DNA from: Octopus vulgaris
Taxonomy: Eukaryota
Reading direction: 5' to 3'
Length of the DNA: 64,000 nt
NCBI GenBank assembly: GCA_951406725.2
Contig: OX597825.1
Location: 54,064,001 to 54,128,000 of the forward strand
Shown here: positions 1 to 13,823 of the stretch, in pieces
Layout: every line of letters starts with the position of its first letter
How positions within the stretch are numbered: the first letter of the stretch is position 1
Position numbers and translations under genes: made by a program
The notes under the pieces: generated by a model
What the model saw: only the letters and a program-made list of their open reading frames with translations
The model's database searches: none
What the model was told of the DNA's origin: nothing

Positions 1-659
1 CAGAACGTAAAGAAGAATGTATATATCAGGTGTGCATTCTCAAAGGTTCCTCCCAGAGTTTTACGCTTCTTCTTCAAACCCGAAAGATAATTGACCTCGC
101 CAAATATGCCACATGACCAGGAATTGGAAGTAGGTCGATGTAAATTCTAAAACAACCTGAGTGAGGATAACTTTCCTTAAAACTGTATAGCTGAATTTCT
201 CTGGATCAACTGATTTTCTCTGATGGATCCAGTGAGTGAAAGTTATTAGCGTTTGCTGCTGGAGTTGAATCATGCATGTCGAGTGGCAATGGCCTACATT
301 GGAATTATGTGCAGTTGGCTGACGAGTTCAGAGACAAGATTTTGCTGCAGTGCACGTGAAAATCCTAGCGAGAAATAGCATGTTTGCGTATGTCCCAGCG
401 TTGGTTACGAATGTGTGTAGCTAGGTGTGTGTGAGCAGTCAGGTGTGTCGGGGGGATATGTGATTGTGTAACTGGTTTTGATGTGGTATTGATAGTGTTG
501 GTGGTGGTGCTGGTAGTCGAGTGTAAATGCTTAGTTATGATTCAATGATTGGCATCTGGGTGTGGTTTCTACATTCCATTTCATGGTTTTGCATATTCTA
601 CACTGCAGCAGTTTAGTAAATATATAATCTTTGTTCTATATATTTCTATATATGATATG

Positions 660-661
<2 letters not shown>

Positions 662-724
<63 letters not shown>
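662..724. repeat. (TA)n microsatellite (representative; dozens of TA/TG/TATG arrays occur across the window)
   Basis: Perfect TA dinucleotide run. Confidence 0.97.
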
Positions 725-727
<3 letters not shown>

Positions 728-1315
728 GAATACCTACAATATTGTAACATAGATATACCCATGTTATTTTATTTTGTATTTTTGCTCCTGTTTATTCTAT
801 ATCAAGGCTCTAGAAAATGGTTTACCCAGATATATATACAGAAATATCTCAATATGTTTCAGTCAATATTTCTCTACTCTAAGTTCAATCCATATATTTT
901 CTCTATACTCTATGTTTGTATTTCGATACATTTTCTATATACCTGGACGTAGATTCAATATAATATCTCTATGTATCTTATACAAAATGTCAATTTCTAC
1001 GAGTTTAACGTGACATGTTGATATTCCACATTCTGTGTTAACCGTTTCTTGAATTAACCTGAGGATAATCTAGATGTCACAAACACGAAATGTCAAACAC
1101 TTGTTTTAAATATGGAATATGACGTTTGATTAATGACTGGGGGATGTCGGCATTTTAGTCCGTTAAACAAACATACCAGACACAAACACACATACACACA
1201 CACACACACACACGCATACACACACACAGATACACGCGCATATAATCCCGATCCACACACATGACCATATAAATATGTGAATACACGTAGGCTGACATTC
1301 GCTCATACACAGACA

Positions 1316-1534
1316 TACGAGGAGGTGCTAAATAGATTTTGGGTTTAAGAGTATCGCAAAAGACCTGGCTGGAGAGCCAACTTCTGGATTTCTTTATAGG
1401 GCTTATATAAACTGAAGGACCGTTGCGATAATTGTGTGAATCTGAGAATGGGATACGTTGAATAAAGTCATCATTAACTGATCAACCATAATTTTTTTAA
1501 TTCAAAGACATGAACCTTTCAGCAATCCATCCTA
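1316..1534 (+). mobile_element. Internally deleted mariner (Tc1/mariner) non-autonomous element
   Basis: TA-flanked degenerate inverted ends (TACGAGGAGGTGCTAAATAGATTTTGGGTTT ... AAAGACATGAACCTTTCAGCAATCCATCCTA). The interior translates KLKDRCDNCVNLRMGYVE*, like a mariner transposase C-terminus. Confidence 0.75.
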
Positions 1535-1914
1535 TATGTATATGGACACAAACACATATGCACAAGTTTCAAATATGTTTCATTAATATTTCTTATGTCT
1601 CAGCAGTAAAATTCAGTTTTCAGAATATTGGTGTTTCTCTAGTACACGATGTCTGTGTTTGTCAACCTACAGCAGTCGCTCTCTGCCATATTTCTCTTTA
1701 TCTAAAATCTTTCAGCAACCAGTTTTCTCTCCACATCTTTCCTTCACAACTGCTCTTCCCACTCTTTTTCTCTTTATACATACATACATATGTGTGTGTG
1801 TGCTTGTACGTGTGTACGTATATATGGGCGGGTAGGGACGTATGAATGTGTGCGTGTGTGCGTGCGTGTGTGCGTGCATGTGTATGTTTCTACAATATAT
1901 ACCATGTATATAAC

Positions 1915-1958
<44 letters not shown>

Positions 1959-2014
1959 CAGATATACATATGCATATATACGTATAATACATATACATTT
2001 TTCAGGTATGTATA

Positions 2015-2048
<34 letters not shown>

Positions 2049-2075
2049 ACATATACTTGCAAATACATGTATATA

Positions 2076-2124
<49 letters not shown>

Positions 2125-2739
2125 GCCCACACAGACGAACGTGTGCTATCTATTGTTGAAGCCATTTGCAGGAACTGTTAGCACAAGAGAAATAACCTGT
2201 GGTGAATTTGTCAATAAGTGAAAGGTTTTGGAACAAAGCACCAGCATCTGATTCTCTCAGCCATTCCTCTGATAATGCACACAAACACACAATCACACAC
2301 AGATAGGTACAAAATATTCTTGCATACATGTATATATGCATACATATACTTGCATGTACAGGCATGTGTTCTGATATCCATTTATACACACGCATATGTT
2401 TATATGAGTGCGTTTGTATTATACTTAACTATGGATACATATACAGGTTTATATACAAATGTTTACATTACTACACACACACAACTCATATATACATATA
2501 TACACTTAGACTCATGTGCACACGCAGGTACACACCTACGTTCAAACTCATTCACACACCTAGTACAATGCTATCAAATGACAATACATGATGGTTGTCA
2601 CGTTTCTTTCCTCTGTGTTCTCAATTTCATTTTTTAACGTCTATATTCAGCTTTCACGTAGTTTCAGTTGTTATTGTTGTCTTTATTGATGTTGTTGTTG
2701 TTGTGTTATTGCTGTATGTTTATGTACACGTGTATATAC

Positions 2740-2772
<33 letters not shown>

Positions 2773-2792
2773 TGTATATATATATATATATG

Positions 2793-2893
<101 letters not shown>

Positions 2894-2904
2894 ATGTATG
2901 CATG

Positions 2905-2939
<35 letters not shown>

Positions 2940-3670
2940 CTTACGTATATGTATACTTCTGTGCACGCACTATATATATATATATGAGTGTGTGATTGCG
3001 TGCAGCTATATGATATATATGCGCACGTGTATGTATGTGTATACATATGTGTTTGTCTATACATGCATATATAAATATATATATATATAGATGTGTGTGT
3101 ATGCGTGTATTTATATATGCATTCATATACATGCTATATAATGCACAAACACACACATATATTTGTATAGTATACACTCATACATATATATACATATATA
3201 AATACATATATTTACACACATATATACACACATGCATACACACACACCCATTCATACACATACACACACATATAAAGTGCGCGTGTATATGAGAGAGGTG
3301 GCACTGGTTTGCATGTATGTGTGTGTATATTTTCGTCTTTATGTGATTCTTAATTGTTGCTACTTTTGTGGTATTTTGCACATGTTGTGCTCTGTAAAAT
3401 TGTTTTTGTTCTAGATGTTGCTGGCGTTGTTGATTCTACTGCCACTGTCATTTTACTTTTTGATTTTTTATTTTTTTCTGACTGTTACAGCGGGTATTTT
3501 TGATGTTCTTGCTGTTGTTGCTTTTGTAATTGTTGTCGTCTTCGTTGTTGTAGCTGTTACTGATGTTACAGTAGTAGTCTATTCAAACTTGTTTTAACGA
3601 TTCTGTACTTGCTTTGCATCACACCTTCTGACAAACCGTTGCCATGTCAACGAACCGTTGTAAATATAGC

Positions 3671-3673
3671 AGC

Positions 3674-3748
<75 letters not shown>

Positions 3749-3773
3749 GGTGGTGTTGGTGGTGGTGGTGTTG

Positions 3774-3848
<75 letters not shown>
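3671..3848. repeat. Compound (GTA)n-(GTG)n-(GTA)n microsatellite
   Basis: Seen directly; it produces the poly-V/S/T/L ORFs. Confidence 0.97.
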
Positions 3849-4333
3849 ATATGATCAACGCTTATATGTACCATTACTATAAACGAAATTCATTTTTACT
3901 AGTTGCTGCTACCACTACTATTACTGATGCATGAATGAAGCAACTTTTATTTATAGACGTTGTGGTGTTCAAATGAAGCTGAAATTAATTTCGACGTTCA
4001 TCCTTTGTTGAACTATAAAATACTGTACCAGTCATACACTGGGTTATTTCTAAAACATTTGAAATATGGTGGATTCGATGAAACGTAAGATCATTGGTCA
4101 AATATATTGCGTTATTTTGTTACAGCATTTTGTCGATGCCCCGACAAGATCGAAATTGCATTTCATCCTTCCAGAGTAGATAGGCTAAAGTACCAGTCAG
4201 CTGGTGGGTCTATACAAAAGGATATACCTATCACCCACCAGATATATGCATTTCATGGATTGATACGAATTACTGTTAAGTTTGAGCAGCAGCTGAGATA
4301 TGTGCAAAACCCTTTTGTTACACATTACACATT

Positions 4334-4492
4334 GCAGGCGTGGCTGTGTGGTAGGATGCTTACTTTGCAACCACATGCTTTCGTATTCAATCCCACTGCG
4401 TGGCACCTTAGGCAAGTTATTTCTGCTATAACATTGGGCCGACTATAGCCTTGTGAGCGAATTTGAAAGACAGAAACTTAGAGAAACCCGTC

Positions 4493-4532
<40 letters not shown>

Positions 4533-4752
4533 ATGTGTGTGTGTGTGTGTCAGTGTTTGTCACCCACCATCGCTTGACAAGTGATGTTGGTGTATTTACA
4601 TCCCCGTAAGCTAGCGGTTCGGTCAAAGAGCCCGTAAGAATAAGAACGAGGCTCACAAAGAATAAATTTTGGGGTTGATTTCTTCGATTACAAAAGCCTT
4701 TAAAGCGGCGCTCCATCATGACCGCAGTCAAATGACTGAAACAAATCAAATA
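4334..4752 (+). mobile_element. tRNA-derived SINE, family A (octopus-type), full length with internal (TG)n
   Basis: A-box-like TGGCTGTGTGG and B-box-like TTCAATCCC head, internal microsatellite, 3' body ending GCAGTCAAATGACTGAAACAA; homologous to copies at 7510, 17345 and 63203. Confidence 0.88.
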
Positions 4753-5477
4753 TAGCAGAATCAAACATTCTTTTGCACAACACAACACATATTATAAGCT
4801 GAGGGTTTTCACGATTTGCTGATTCTTGCTCAGCGAAGACCTACCTGGATTGCGCTTCCAATCAATAACGCATAATATGCAGCTGTTATAGAACCCAATC
4901 ATTTAAGCTATCTGCACAGTGGTTACCTTATTTTCCATATTTCTGCTTTTGATTGATTGATTAGTGAGTATACATGTTATGCAAGACACAAAGTAACCGA
5001 GAAGATTATTTACGTTCCTGAATTTAAATTCCAATACGCCATCGCGATATTCTTTCTTGTGGAATTGGTTTATTTACCTCATTCAACCTGACACGTCTCT
5101 CTATTACCTTAGAACCTATTATTATATCTGTATTTACGTCACGCTAAACCATTTACACATTTCATTCTGAATTAATATTTTGTAGAATAAAAGACTACAT
5201 GTGATTAATTCTATTAGCTTTAACGTCGCCATTCCGTGTTCACATCTCGAATCAGTTTGAATCTGTTGTTTCTGTGAGAAGAGTTGACGTGGATTGAACC
5301 ATCACATCTTTTATTCACACATAGCACATGAAGGAGTACAATGTGCCTTTCCTTTGCATAACAGAATACATTATGACTTGAAATTAATTTGGTTACTGTT
5401 TCAAGTAGGTGGATGGATTAATAATTATAATTGGTACCAATTATTGCTCTCATCATTTCCACAACTATTCAGTCGAG

Positions 5478-5830
5478 ATAGCTTTTGCCTTTCATCCTTT
5501 GGGGCTAAATGAAATAAGTACCAGTTAAACACTGGAGTCGATGTTATCGACTCATCTCCTTCCCCAAGCTTGCTGGCCTTGCACCAAAGTTTGAAACCAT
5601 TATTTCTGTAGTAACTAAAGTGGCGAGGTAGCAGAATCGTTAGTACGCCGGACAAAATTCTTAGCGGCATTTCGTCTGTATTTACGTTCTGAGTTCAAAT
5701 TCCGCTGAGATCAACTGTGCCTATCATCTTTCGGGATCGATAAAATAAGTACCAGCGGAGCACTATGGCCGATGTAATCGGCTTAGCCTCAACCCCAAAA
5801 TTTCAGGCCTTGTATGTATAATAGTAAGTG
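5478..5830 (+). mobile_element. SINE family B: partial copy (5478-5599) followed by full copy (5619-5830) with 19-bp TSD
   Basis: GGCGAGGTAGCAGAATCGTTAG head and GAGTTCAAATTCC B-box; TSD TTATTTCTG(T/C)AGTAACTAA at 5600-5618 and 5831-5849. Confidence 0.85.
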
Positions 5831-6099
5831 TTATTTCTGCAGTAACTAACTTTTTTAAAATTTTGTGGTAGTTGCTGATGTATTTGTTGTTATTCTTCTT
5901 CATTTTTCTTCTTGATTTTATTCTTCTCTTCCTGCTGCTTTTTCTTCTTCTTCACCGTCTTCTTCTCTTCCATTTTGTCGTCCTCCTCCCCCTCAATGTT
6001 ATTGTTGTTGCTATCGTTTCTCGTGTACGAATGTAGGGAGTTCTGAACAGAGATTGTAACTTTGATATCTGGACGCTACACTTTCCCAGGAATGGTCAG

Positions 6100-6560
6100 G
6101 TGGACAGGCATCAATGGTCCTCATTCAACAAGCAATCTTCCATTTGATAGCTCCTGGTGTCACACCCAGCTACTTTACTTCAGCAAGTAGGGAAATCCAC
6201 GTGTAGGATGGTATTTACACTACACCAGAAGATACCGAGTAAGGCATCCCAAGGAACCACCGGCTGATGTGGAGAGACTTTCTCAGATCAACTGCCTAGC
6301 GTTCGCGGCCAAGGCATATCTCAGTTAGAGGCATACAGTGGTGGCAAACAGCTTGGAAAGGAATTAGTGCCACAAAGATAACTGCCTGTAATACATTCCT
6401 GAGGATGACAACCAGACCTGCATCCATACCAAAACGTTTTTCGCGCGGGTTACCGACTCACAGGGGGCTACAGAGGACTGAGAGAAGTGGCGAAATCTGG
6501 TTGTGACGTTATCAACGAATGCCCATCGGTCAAGGCTTACGAAGGATGGAATTGATATTC
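6100..6560 (+). mobile_element. Degraded RTE-like LINE 3' end
   Basis: GC-richer island with broken translations DG.YT, QLPSV and EKWRNLVV, resembling an RTE ORF C-terminus; many stops and frameshifts. Confidence 0.45.
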
Positions 6561-6631
6561 GAACCTAGGCTGGCTCTCATTGAGAACACCTAAGTTCCAG
6601 CAGACGCTATTACTGCTACTGCCGCTTGTGC

Positions 6632-6664
<33 letters not shown>

Positions 6665-7079
6665 AGTACTGGCGCAGGTCATCATATACTGGGAACATCT
6701 ATGGGCCCAAACCTCCAAAACCGTTTTCCATATCATGAGCTAGATTATTCGATATTTTTTCTTCACGTTTTAATAACGAAGATAGTGATTCGAGATGGAT
6801 TTGGCTGCTACTTCCAGTACTCTTAGTAATACAGGCTTTCTTTTCTTTTTGTAATTTTTGTTGTTATATTTGTCTATTTTTTTTCTTCTATTATCGTTGA
6901 AGTTTACTAATGTTGTTATTGTTGCTGTAATTATTCATTAAAGCTATTGCGGTAGCTCTTCGTTATTTTTGATGTTCTTGTTGCGGTTGTTCCTGCTTTT
7001 GTTTTTGCTGTTGTTGTTACCACAGTGCCCTTCCTTTTGTGGTTTCGATTGATGAGGTTATTGCTGTTGCTGTTTATGA

Positions 7080-7234
7080 TTATGGTGATGATGATGACGA
7101 CCAAGATAACGACGATAACCACGTAGACGGTGAGATGATCTTCACGATCATGTTCATGATCGTGATGATGATGATGATGGTGGTGGTAGTGGTGGTGGTC
7201 GTGGTCGTGGTCGTGGTGGTGAGGGTAATGATGA

Positions 7235-7268
<34 letters not shown>

Positions 7269-7372
7269 GGTGGTGGTGGTGGTGGTGGTGGTGGTCGCGG
7301 TCGTGGTCGAGGTGGTGGTCGTGGTGGTGGTGGTAATGATGATGATGATGGTGATGATGAAGATGATGATGT
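7080..7372. repeat. Compound (GAT)n/(GGT)n/(GTC) trinucleotide array
   Basis: Seen directly. Confidence 0.93.
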
Positions 7373-7509
7373 TGCCGTTCTTGTAGTTCATTTTATTGTC
7401 GATGTCATATTAGTGCTATTGTTATTGCATATAAAGACGAAGACTATGACGACGAAGTCGACGACGATGATGATAGTGACGCTCCCTAATTTTATACATT
7501 TTATACATG

Positions 7510-7687
7510 GGCGTAGGAGTGGCTGTGTGGTAAGTAGCTTGCTTTCGAACCACATGGTTCCGGGTTCAGTCCCACTGCGTGGCACCTTGGGCAACTGACT
7601 TCTACTATAGCACCGGGCCAACTAAAGTCCTGGGGTCGACAAAGCCTTGTGATGGGTTTGAGAGACGGAAACTGACAGAAGCCTGTC

Positions 7688-7748
<61 letters not shown>

Positions 7749-8010
7749 TGTATGTATGTATGTATGTATGTATGTTTGTATGTATGTATGTGTATATGTT
7801 TGTGTGTCTGTGTTTGTCCCCCCAACATCACTTGACAACCGATGCTGGTGTGTTTATGTCCACATAACTTAGCGGCTCGGCAAATTAGACCGATAGAATA
7901 AGCACTAGGATTACAAAGAATATGTCCTGGGGTCGACTTGTTCCACTAAAGGCGGTGCTCCAGCATGGTCACGGTCACATGACTGAAACAAATAAAAGAG
8001 TAAAAGAGTA
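7510..8010 (+). mobile_element. SINE family A, full length, internal (TA)n(TATG)n
   Basis: GGCGTAGGAGTGGCTGTGTGG head, GGTTCAGTCCC B-box, conserved body, AAAAGAGT-type tail. Confidence 0.92.
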
Positions 8011-8557
8011 TGTTATTGTTGTTCTTGTACTTGCTGTTGTTTTTTGTACTCTTGATAAAGACGAGGCCATTTCTACTGCGGTTGATGCAGCTAGAAATGC
8101 TGTTGTTTTGATACTGCAGCTTATGTCGTTCCTGGTGTTGTCATTACAAATGCTAGCTCTCGTTTTATGTTCCATATGGTTATTGCTGCCCCTTTCTTTC
8201 GGCCAGCCACATCTTTTGCTGTTGTTGTTGTGGTTGACCAATACGCCATACAGAAGGTGTGCATATATATTTCGCCTAGGCATACTGATACGAATAAAAA
8301 GGTGTTAAAACTCAATACACATATGCTTTGGAATGAAGCGTCAGTCAAGTACAGTGTGGTGGTTATAAGAAAGTGTCAAAGGAATAAATAAGTATGTTTC
8401 GAAGTTCATTCGCTTAGAATGTTTCTGCTATAAAATGCAATGCACTCATAGTCGAATGATTGAGTATCACCCCTTAGCTTCATAAGTGTGTGCATTGCAA
8501 CGCATAGCAGAAACAACTGTAAGGTAATGAAGTTCATAACATAATTGTTTTCGTATA

Positions 8558-8641
<84 letters not shown>

Positions 8642-8672
8642 ATGTATGTATGTATGTATGTATGTATGCATG

Positions 8673-8719
<47 letters not shown>

Positions 8720-11169
8720 ATATGTATGTATTATGTAAGTATATATACATATATGTATATATATATATATACATACATACATAATACATACATACATACA
8801 TACATACATATATTTATATACACTTATAATTCAACATTTTATTTCCAATTCATTGATATTTGTGGAACAGGAAAGATATTAATATTCCCTCATATTTCTT
8901 TATATTTGTTTTTGTGTCTTAGATTTATACTTTTACTCCTTTTTTTCCTTGAAGAAAATTTGATTTTTTTTTCGCTTATCAGTTTAACGTATTCCTTTAT
9001 TTTCATTTATTCTCCATTCCCTCTCTTTTTTTTTCATTTAATTCTAGATACCTATCTATTCATTTTCTCGGATGTCTTCTAGTTCACTAAAATTTGAAGA
9101 CTGTATCTTTGCGTATGCGTATATATGCGTTTGTATGCGCGTGTATGTGTGTATGAATGTCTATGTGCATGTGTGCGACTCTGTGCAGCTCACTGTAACT
9201 GTATTCACACATGCTGCTAGTTTGATGTCAATATGTGGTCTCGTCAGAGCCTGCTGGAAGTGGAGGCCATTTCCAATAATTGGCACTGGCTTACCAAATC
9301 GAAAGATCATTATTATGATATTTGCTTCCATAGACTTTGTATACATTTTTTATATGTTATTTTTATTTTAGTTGTTATAGTTATGTATTACTTTCCTTTC
9401 AGGTTTAATTAAGACTTTATATTCAGACACAGTATCAGTTGTGTGTGTATGTGTGGATGCATGCATACATACACACAATAGCATATATTCATCTGTGTGT
9501 ATATGTGTGTTCATGTGTGTATGTATGTATAGTTTTATATTTCACACAAACACACACACAGACACACACTTCACACACACACTAACACACTTCACTCACA
9601 CACACACACATATACATACACACATCCATTCTTCATTTGCGCTGGCGTAGACTACCCATGTACATACAAGGACATAAACACATTCACGCATATTCATACA
9701 CACATAGAAGAATAATACAGAGAGAGTGAGAGAGAGGGAGGGAGAAATAGAGAGAGAGAGGGAAGAAAAGTATGTCACATCTGGCCGAGTCAGAAAAATA
9801 TTTAATTCTGATGTTGGCATAAAGTCAGATATTTTTATAAATGGACGTACATATGACAGATGCCCACAAATACAGAATTATAGATTTTACTCCATCTAAT
9901 TTACAACTAATATATTACAGGTACTTATTCTATAGAATTCGGTGGGAACAAAAGATTAAGTGGAGTCCAGTGGGTTTGAAATCGGAACGTAAATGTTCGT
10001 AACGTATTATTCCAAGCTAATTACTCTATCACATTGTTACTTAAGGCCATTAACAACCTTCACTTTCAATATTTGAGGTAACACCACCAATATGTGAAAT
10101 AATGTTATGATGAAAGCAATAGCTCAACTAGTGACCTGTTTGATTATTCGTTGAGCTACGGGTCAACTGGGTGATATAAACACACAGCTAGCGTACAGAA
10201 AGTTGTCTGATGGGGCAGTGAAATGAAACACTTATTACATCGGTCATCGACAGAGAGCAGACAACACCATTTATTTTAGATTTAGACAATAGTGTTGTTG
10301 TAAAACAATAAAGTGAAAGGTTTTTAAATTGTTTTTCTAGTGTGAAGCGGAGCGAAACATTATAATGGTTATTGGCAGAGATAACCATATTTTGGAATCA
10401 ACATTTATTATGCTTCATTTCTTGTAATCACATGATCACCATGTATCTTCATTGTTCAGTGATAATAACCACCCGGAATGATGTGTTTACTATGTGGTTT
10501 TCGATTCTTCCTTCCAATCAATTCCCTTAATTCATCCATTCTCTCTTTCAGTCTCTAGGTGAGACATTTCACACCTCACACTTGTAATATCATACCAGTC
10601 CTCATATCATACACTCAGCTGTCGCTTAATATAGTACTGGTAATTTTGATCTTATGTTTAACACTCAGAAAGAGAGCCGTTGTTACTGATGTTGTTTTTG
10701 TTTAATCTCAAATTAGCCTTTATTGAGTTGAGATACGGGTCAGCTTGGTCAACCCAATGATCAATTAAATTTCAATCTTAACACCCTCACCCATATATGT
10801 ATCGGTTTTTCAACGTGTCCTTTACCTTCAGTTTCTAGCATGTGAAGCGATGTTGCAGACAACAGGACTTAAATGTCCGGGAGAAGTATCGTCACGCGAT
10901 AAAATATTCCATTGGATAGCAACTTGGAGAGAAAGAACCTCAACACAGCTAGATTGGACAATTAAATAGGTATAGAGGCAGGAATACAAAATGTAGGAAA
11001 CTGTTATTCTAAATATTCTAGTTCTATACTTAAATCTTATACAGACATATTTTGGACAAAGTTGTATTGGTCCTTGGTTAGATATGTGTAGTTTATCTAA
11101 CGGCTAGTAACATTAGTTTTAAAGAACGAATAATATTCACTTGATCCTGAAATGAAAGTGCTTTCGAAT

Positions 11170-11410
11170 GCACCAAAAGTTCACGTTGAGTGACGGGGCA
11201 ATCGACCAACAAGGAATAACAACTACGTTTTCATTTAACTACTCCCTGTCGGTCAAGAATTTGGACCTAGAGATCTCCATTTCCAGCGACTTCGAGGGCC
11301 ACCTTTCAGTGGTGTCGCACATCAACGAAGAGCCCTTGACCACAACAAGACGACCAAAGTTTTTTTTCCAAGGTTTGGGATCTCCCGACCCTAAGCCCTA
11401 GACCATCACC
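11170..11410 (-). mobile_element. Old, degenerate SINE-like repeat
   Basis: Minus strand begins GGTGATGGTCTAGGGCTTAGG (A-box-like); GC-richer island. Confidence 0.3.
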
Positions 11411-13781
11411 TAATCACCCTTACTCGTCTTGTTGCTCAACAACAACAGCGACAATAACTACTCCCTACCACTTTAAGCATGGAAGATATCTAAGAAATAT
11501 TGTAGTCTGGAATGCTTTGTGCCTGAATAAAATATGGGCTTGTGGCTGCTGAAAGGCCCTTGTGCTCAATCAGTGCTGACTTGAGATTATTCAACGGCAA
11601 GAATTTCAACAAAAATACAATCACAATAACAGCAAAATAAAGAAGATAAGAACATCAAACAGAAACGGTCCAAATTGCATGATGACTCATTTCCAGTTTC
11701 TCTTCACTAACATTTAGTGTTCAATACCAATTCCATATCACTTTACGAAATGGAAATTATATACTACACATTCAAATACTGGCTATAGAAATAATAAACC
11801 AACGTGTATTCCAAATATTTCCATATTCTCTATACGCCATACATAGATTGCCTTCCCTGAATGAATGCATTAACTCTGTTGTATATTCTCTTGCAAATAT
11901 TCCTGCAGTTCGTTGACTCAATCGATCTTATATGTCACTGCCTTGTAGCTTGCATTATTTTCACGTATTGCATCATCTGAGGTCTACTTCTTGAAATATA
12001 TTCTGCTTCATAATATGTTATATCAGACCCACCACAGAAATTCTGTATGTAGATTCCATTTTCATCTTCCTCAAACACTTTCACTAATAGAACATCTGCA
12101 TATTTATGGTCGATGGACATACTTCATTCTAAGGATCTTTTTGATTGTGGTAAGTTTTTAATACTATGAGGTGGTGGCAGAGATTGAATTAATATACTAA
12201 TTATTGCATGATGAAATTCTACAATGCTTGCAGACACTACAGAGGAGTAAGATTGAAATAAAAATATAAAACACAGGGTGTTGTGTAATTCTTAGTCAGG
12301 AAATCGATATTCAATTTATCTGATTTGCAGAATGTCAAATGTACCCTGGAAGAGAAATATCATTAGAAAATAGTTGAAGGCGAATAAAGGACATTTTAGC
12401 AATGTTACTTTTTTTTTAATAAATTACTGCCATAATGCGTAAGTAGAGATATGCTGCGCCCTCATCTGAGAATGAAATAAAATAAATAATATTGAACAGA
12501 ATAAGGTTATGATACGTAATTTGGAGAGGAGGGTAAAAATATGACTTTAGAATAGCATTTGCTAAAGCGTTGACATTTACAGAATCTCCATATATTTTAG
12601 AATTAATTTTTCTTTGTAGCAAGTAAGATCGATAGAAATATATCTGAGAAACAGAAAACAAAATTAAAACAATTAAAGAATTTTTATTAAATCTTAATCC
12701 ACTCAACCTAGTTGAATCTCCCAGTGTGATACTGAAGTAAGTTTCAGTTTTATTTGGTATTTTAATGTGGAATTAAAATTGGTGGTGGAGCGCATCCACT
12801 TCCTTTGAATTTGTTCACAACCTACTGGAAATAGAATACTACCGATGCTAGGGTAGAGAAATATCATATCTCTATTACAAACGCAGAGTATAATCCCTTT
12901 CCCATTGTCTCCAGCTATTACATTTTCCTCGTATGTCAGCCTAATCACATACGTATGGAGAACAAACTGGTAACGTAGTATAAAGTCTAAATGTATTATA
13001 TTAAACGATTTTCTTATCAGCATCCTGAGCGTGGCATCATGATAACTTTAAAATCCTTACCTCAATTGGAGGCAGTGTAGTGGAGGACCGTTGTTGATAG
13101 AGCAGGACAAAAAGATAAGATGAATCTCGACATAAGCTTATGACAACGCATTTATCCCTTTCCAAGTCATAATGATTCATAGGGTTCTGGTTTAATATAT
13201 GTGACAATTATATGCACCTTCAATACGATGCTACTCTCCTACTCTATCTCTAATTTTTCAATACAGAATTCAAAACCGATAAATCAACTATTAAAATTAA
13301 CAGTGTTTCTACCATTTTCAGCAATAGGCTTTGTTTAAATTGGGTTGCTTGATTATAATCAAGTCCGAAGGACAATTCTGGAGTAAATTCCTTGAACCAT
13401 TTCACAACAGTGAACTAGTGATACCAACTGCTGAACTCGATGGACCATATTTTGAAAATTTTGATATGGTTAAGTTTAAAAAAGAAAAAGAACTTTTATT
13501 AATTTCTTACAAGCTCACAGATTTAACATGGATTATAATGGTACGCAACAATTTACAGTTTATTAATGGTATCTTTACCTACTTCTTATGGAGGAAATGC
13601 AGTTTTATCGAGGCGACAGGATTGGAATGTTTGGTATGTAGGAACAGAACTAAATATCATATAGCATTATGCCCATCACTCTCTCACTCTCTTTTTCTCT
13701 CTCCTTTTCTATCTCCCACCCTCTCCCTCTTCTCTCTCTCACCCTCTCCCTCTTCTCTCTTTCACCCTCTATTTCCGCTCG

Positions 13782-13823
<42 letters not shown>

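Noticed and set aside
1-560. Possible LINE ORF1 start on the minus strand
   Set aside because: No diagnostic motif, and it is cut by the window edge.
1056-1094. CTGAGGA...GAAATGTC hammerhead-like boxes
   Set aside because: No convincing stem I or stem II pairing.
7510-7590. tRNA genes
   Set aside because: A/B boxes belong to SINE heads, and no complete cloverleaf is evident.
10975-11030. GIQNVGNCYS resembling a USP Cys box (with GKWYIYNS near 19860)
   Set aside because: One residue short of GLxNxGNTCY, no His box seen, and the pieces are 9 kb apart with stops; likely chance.
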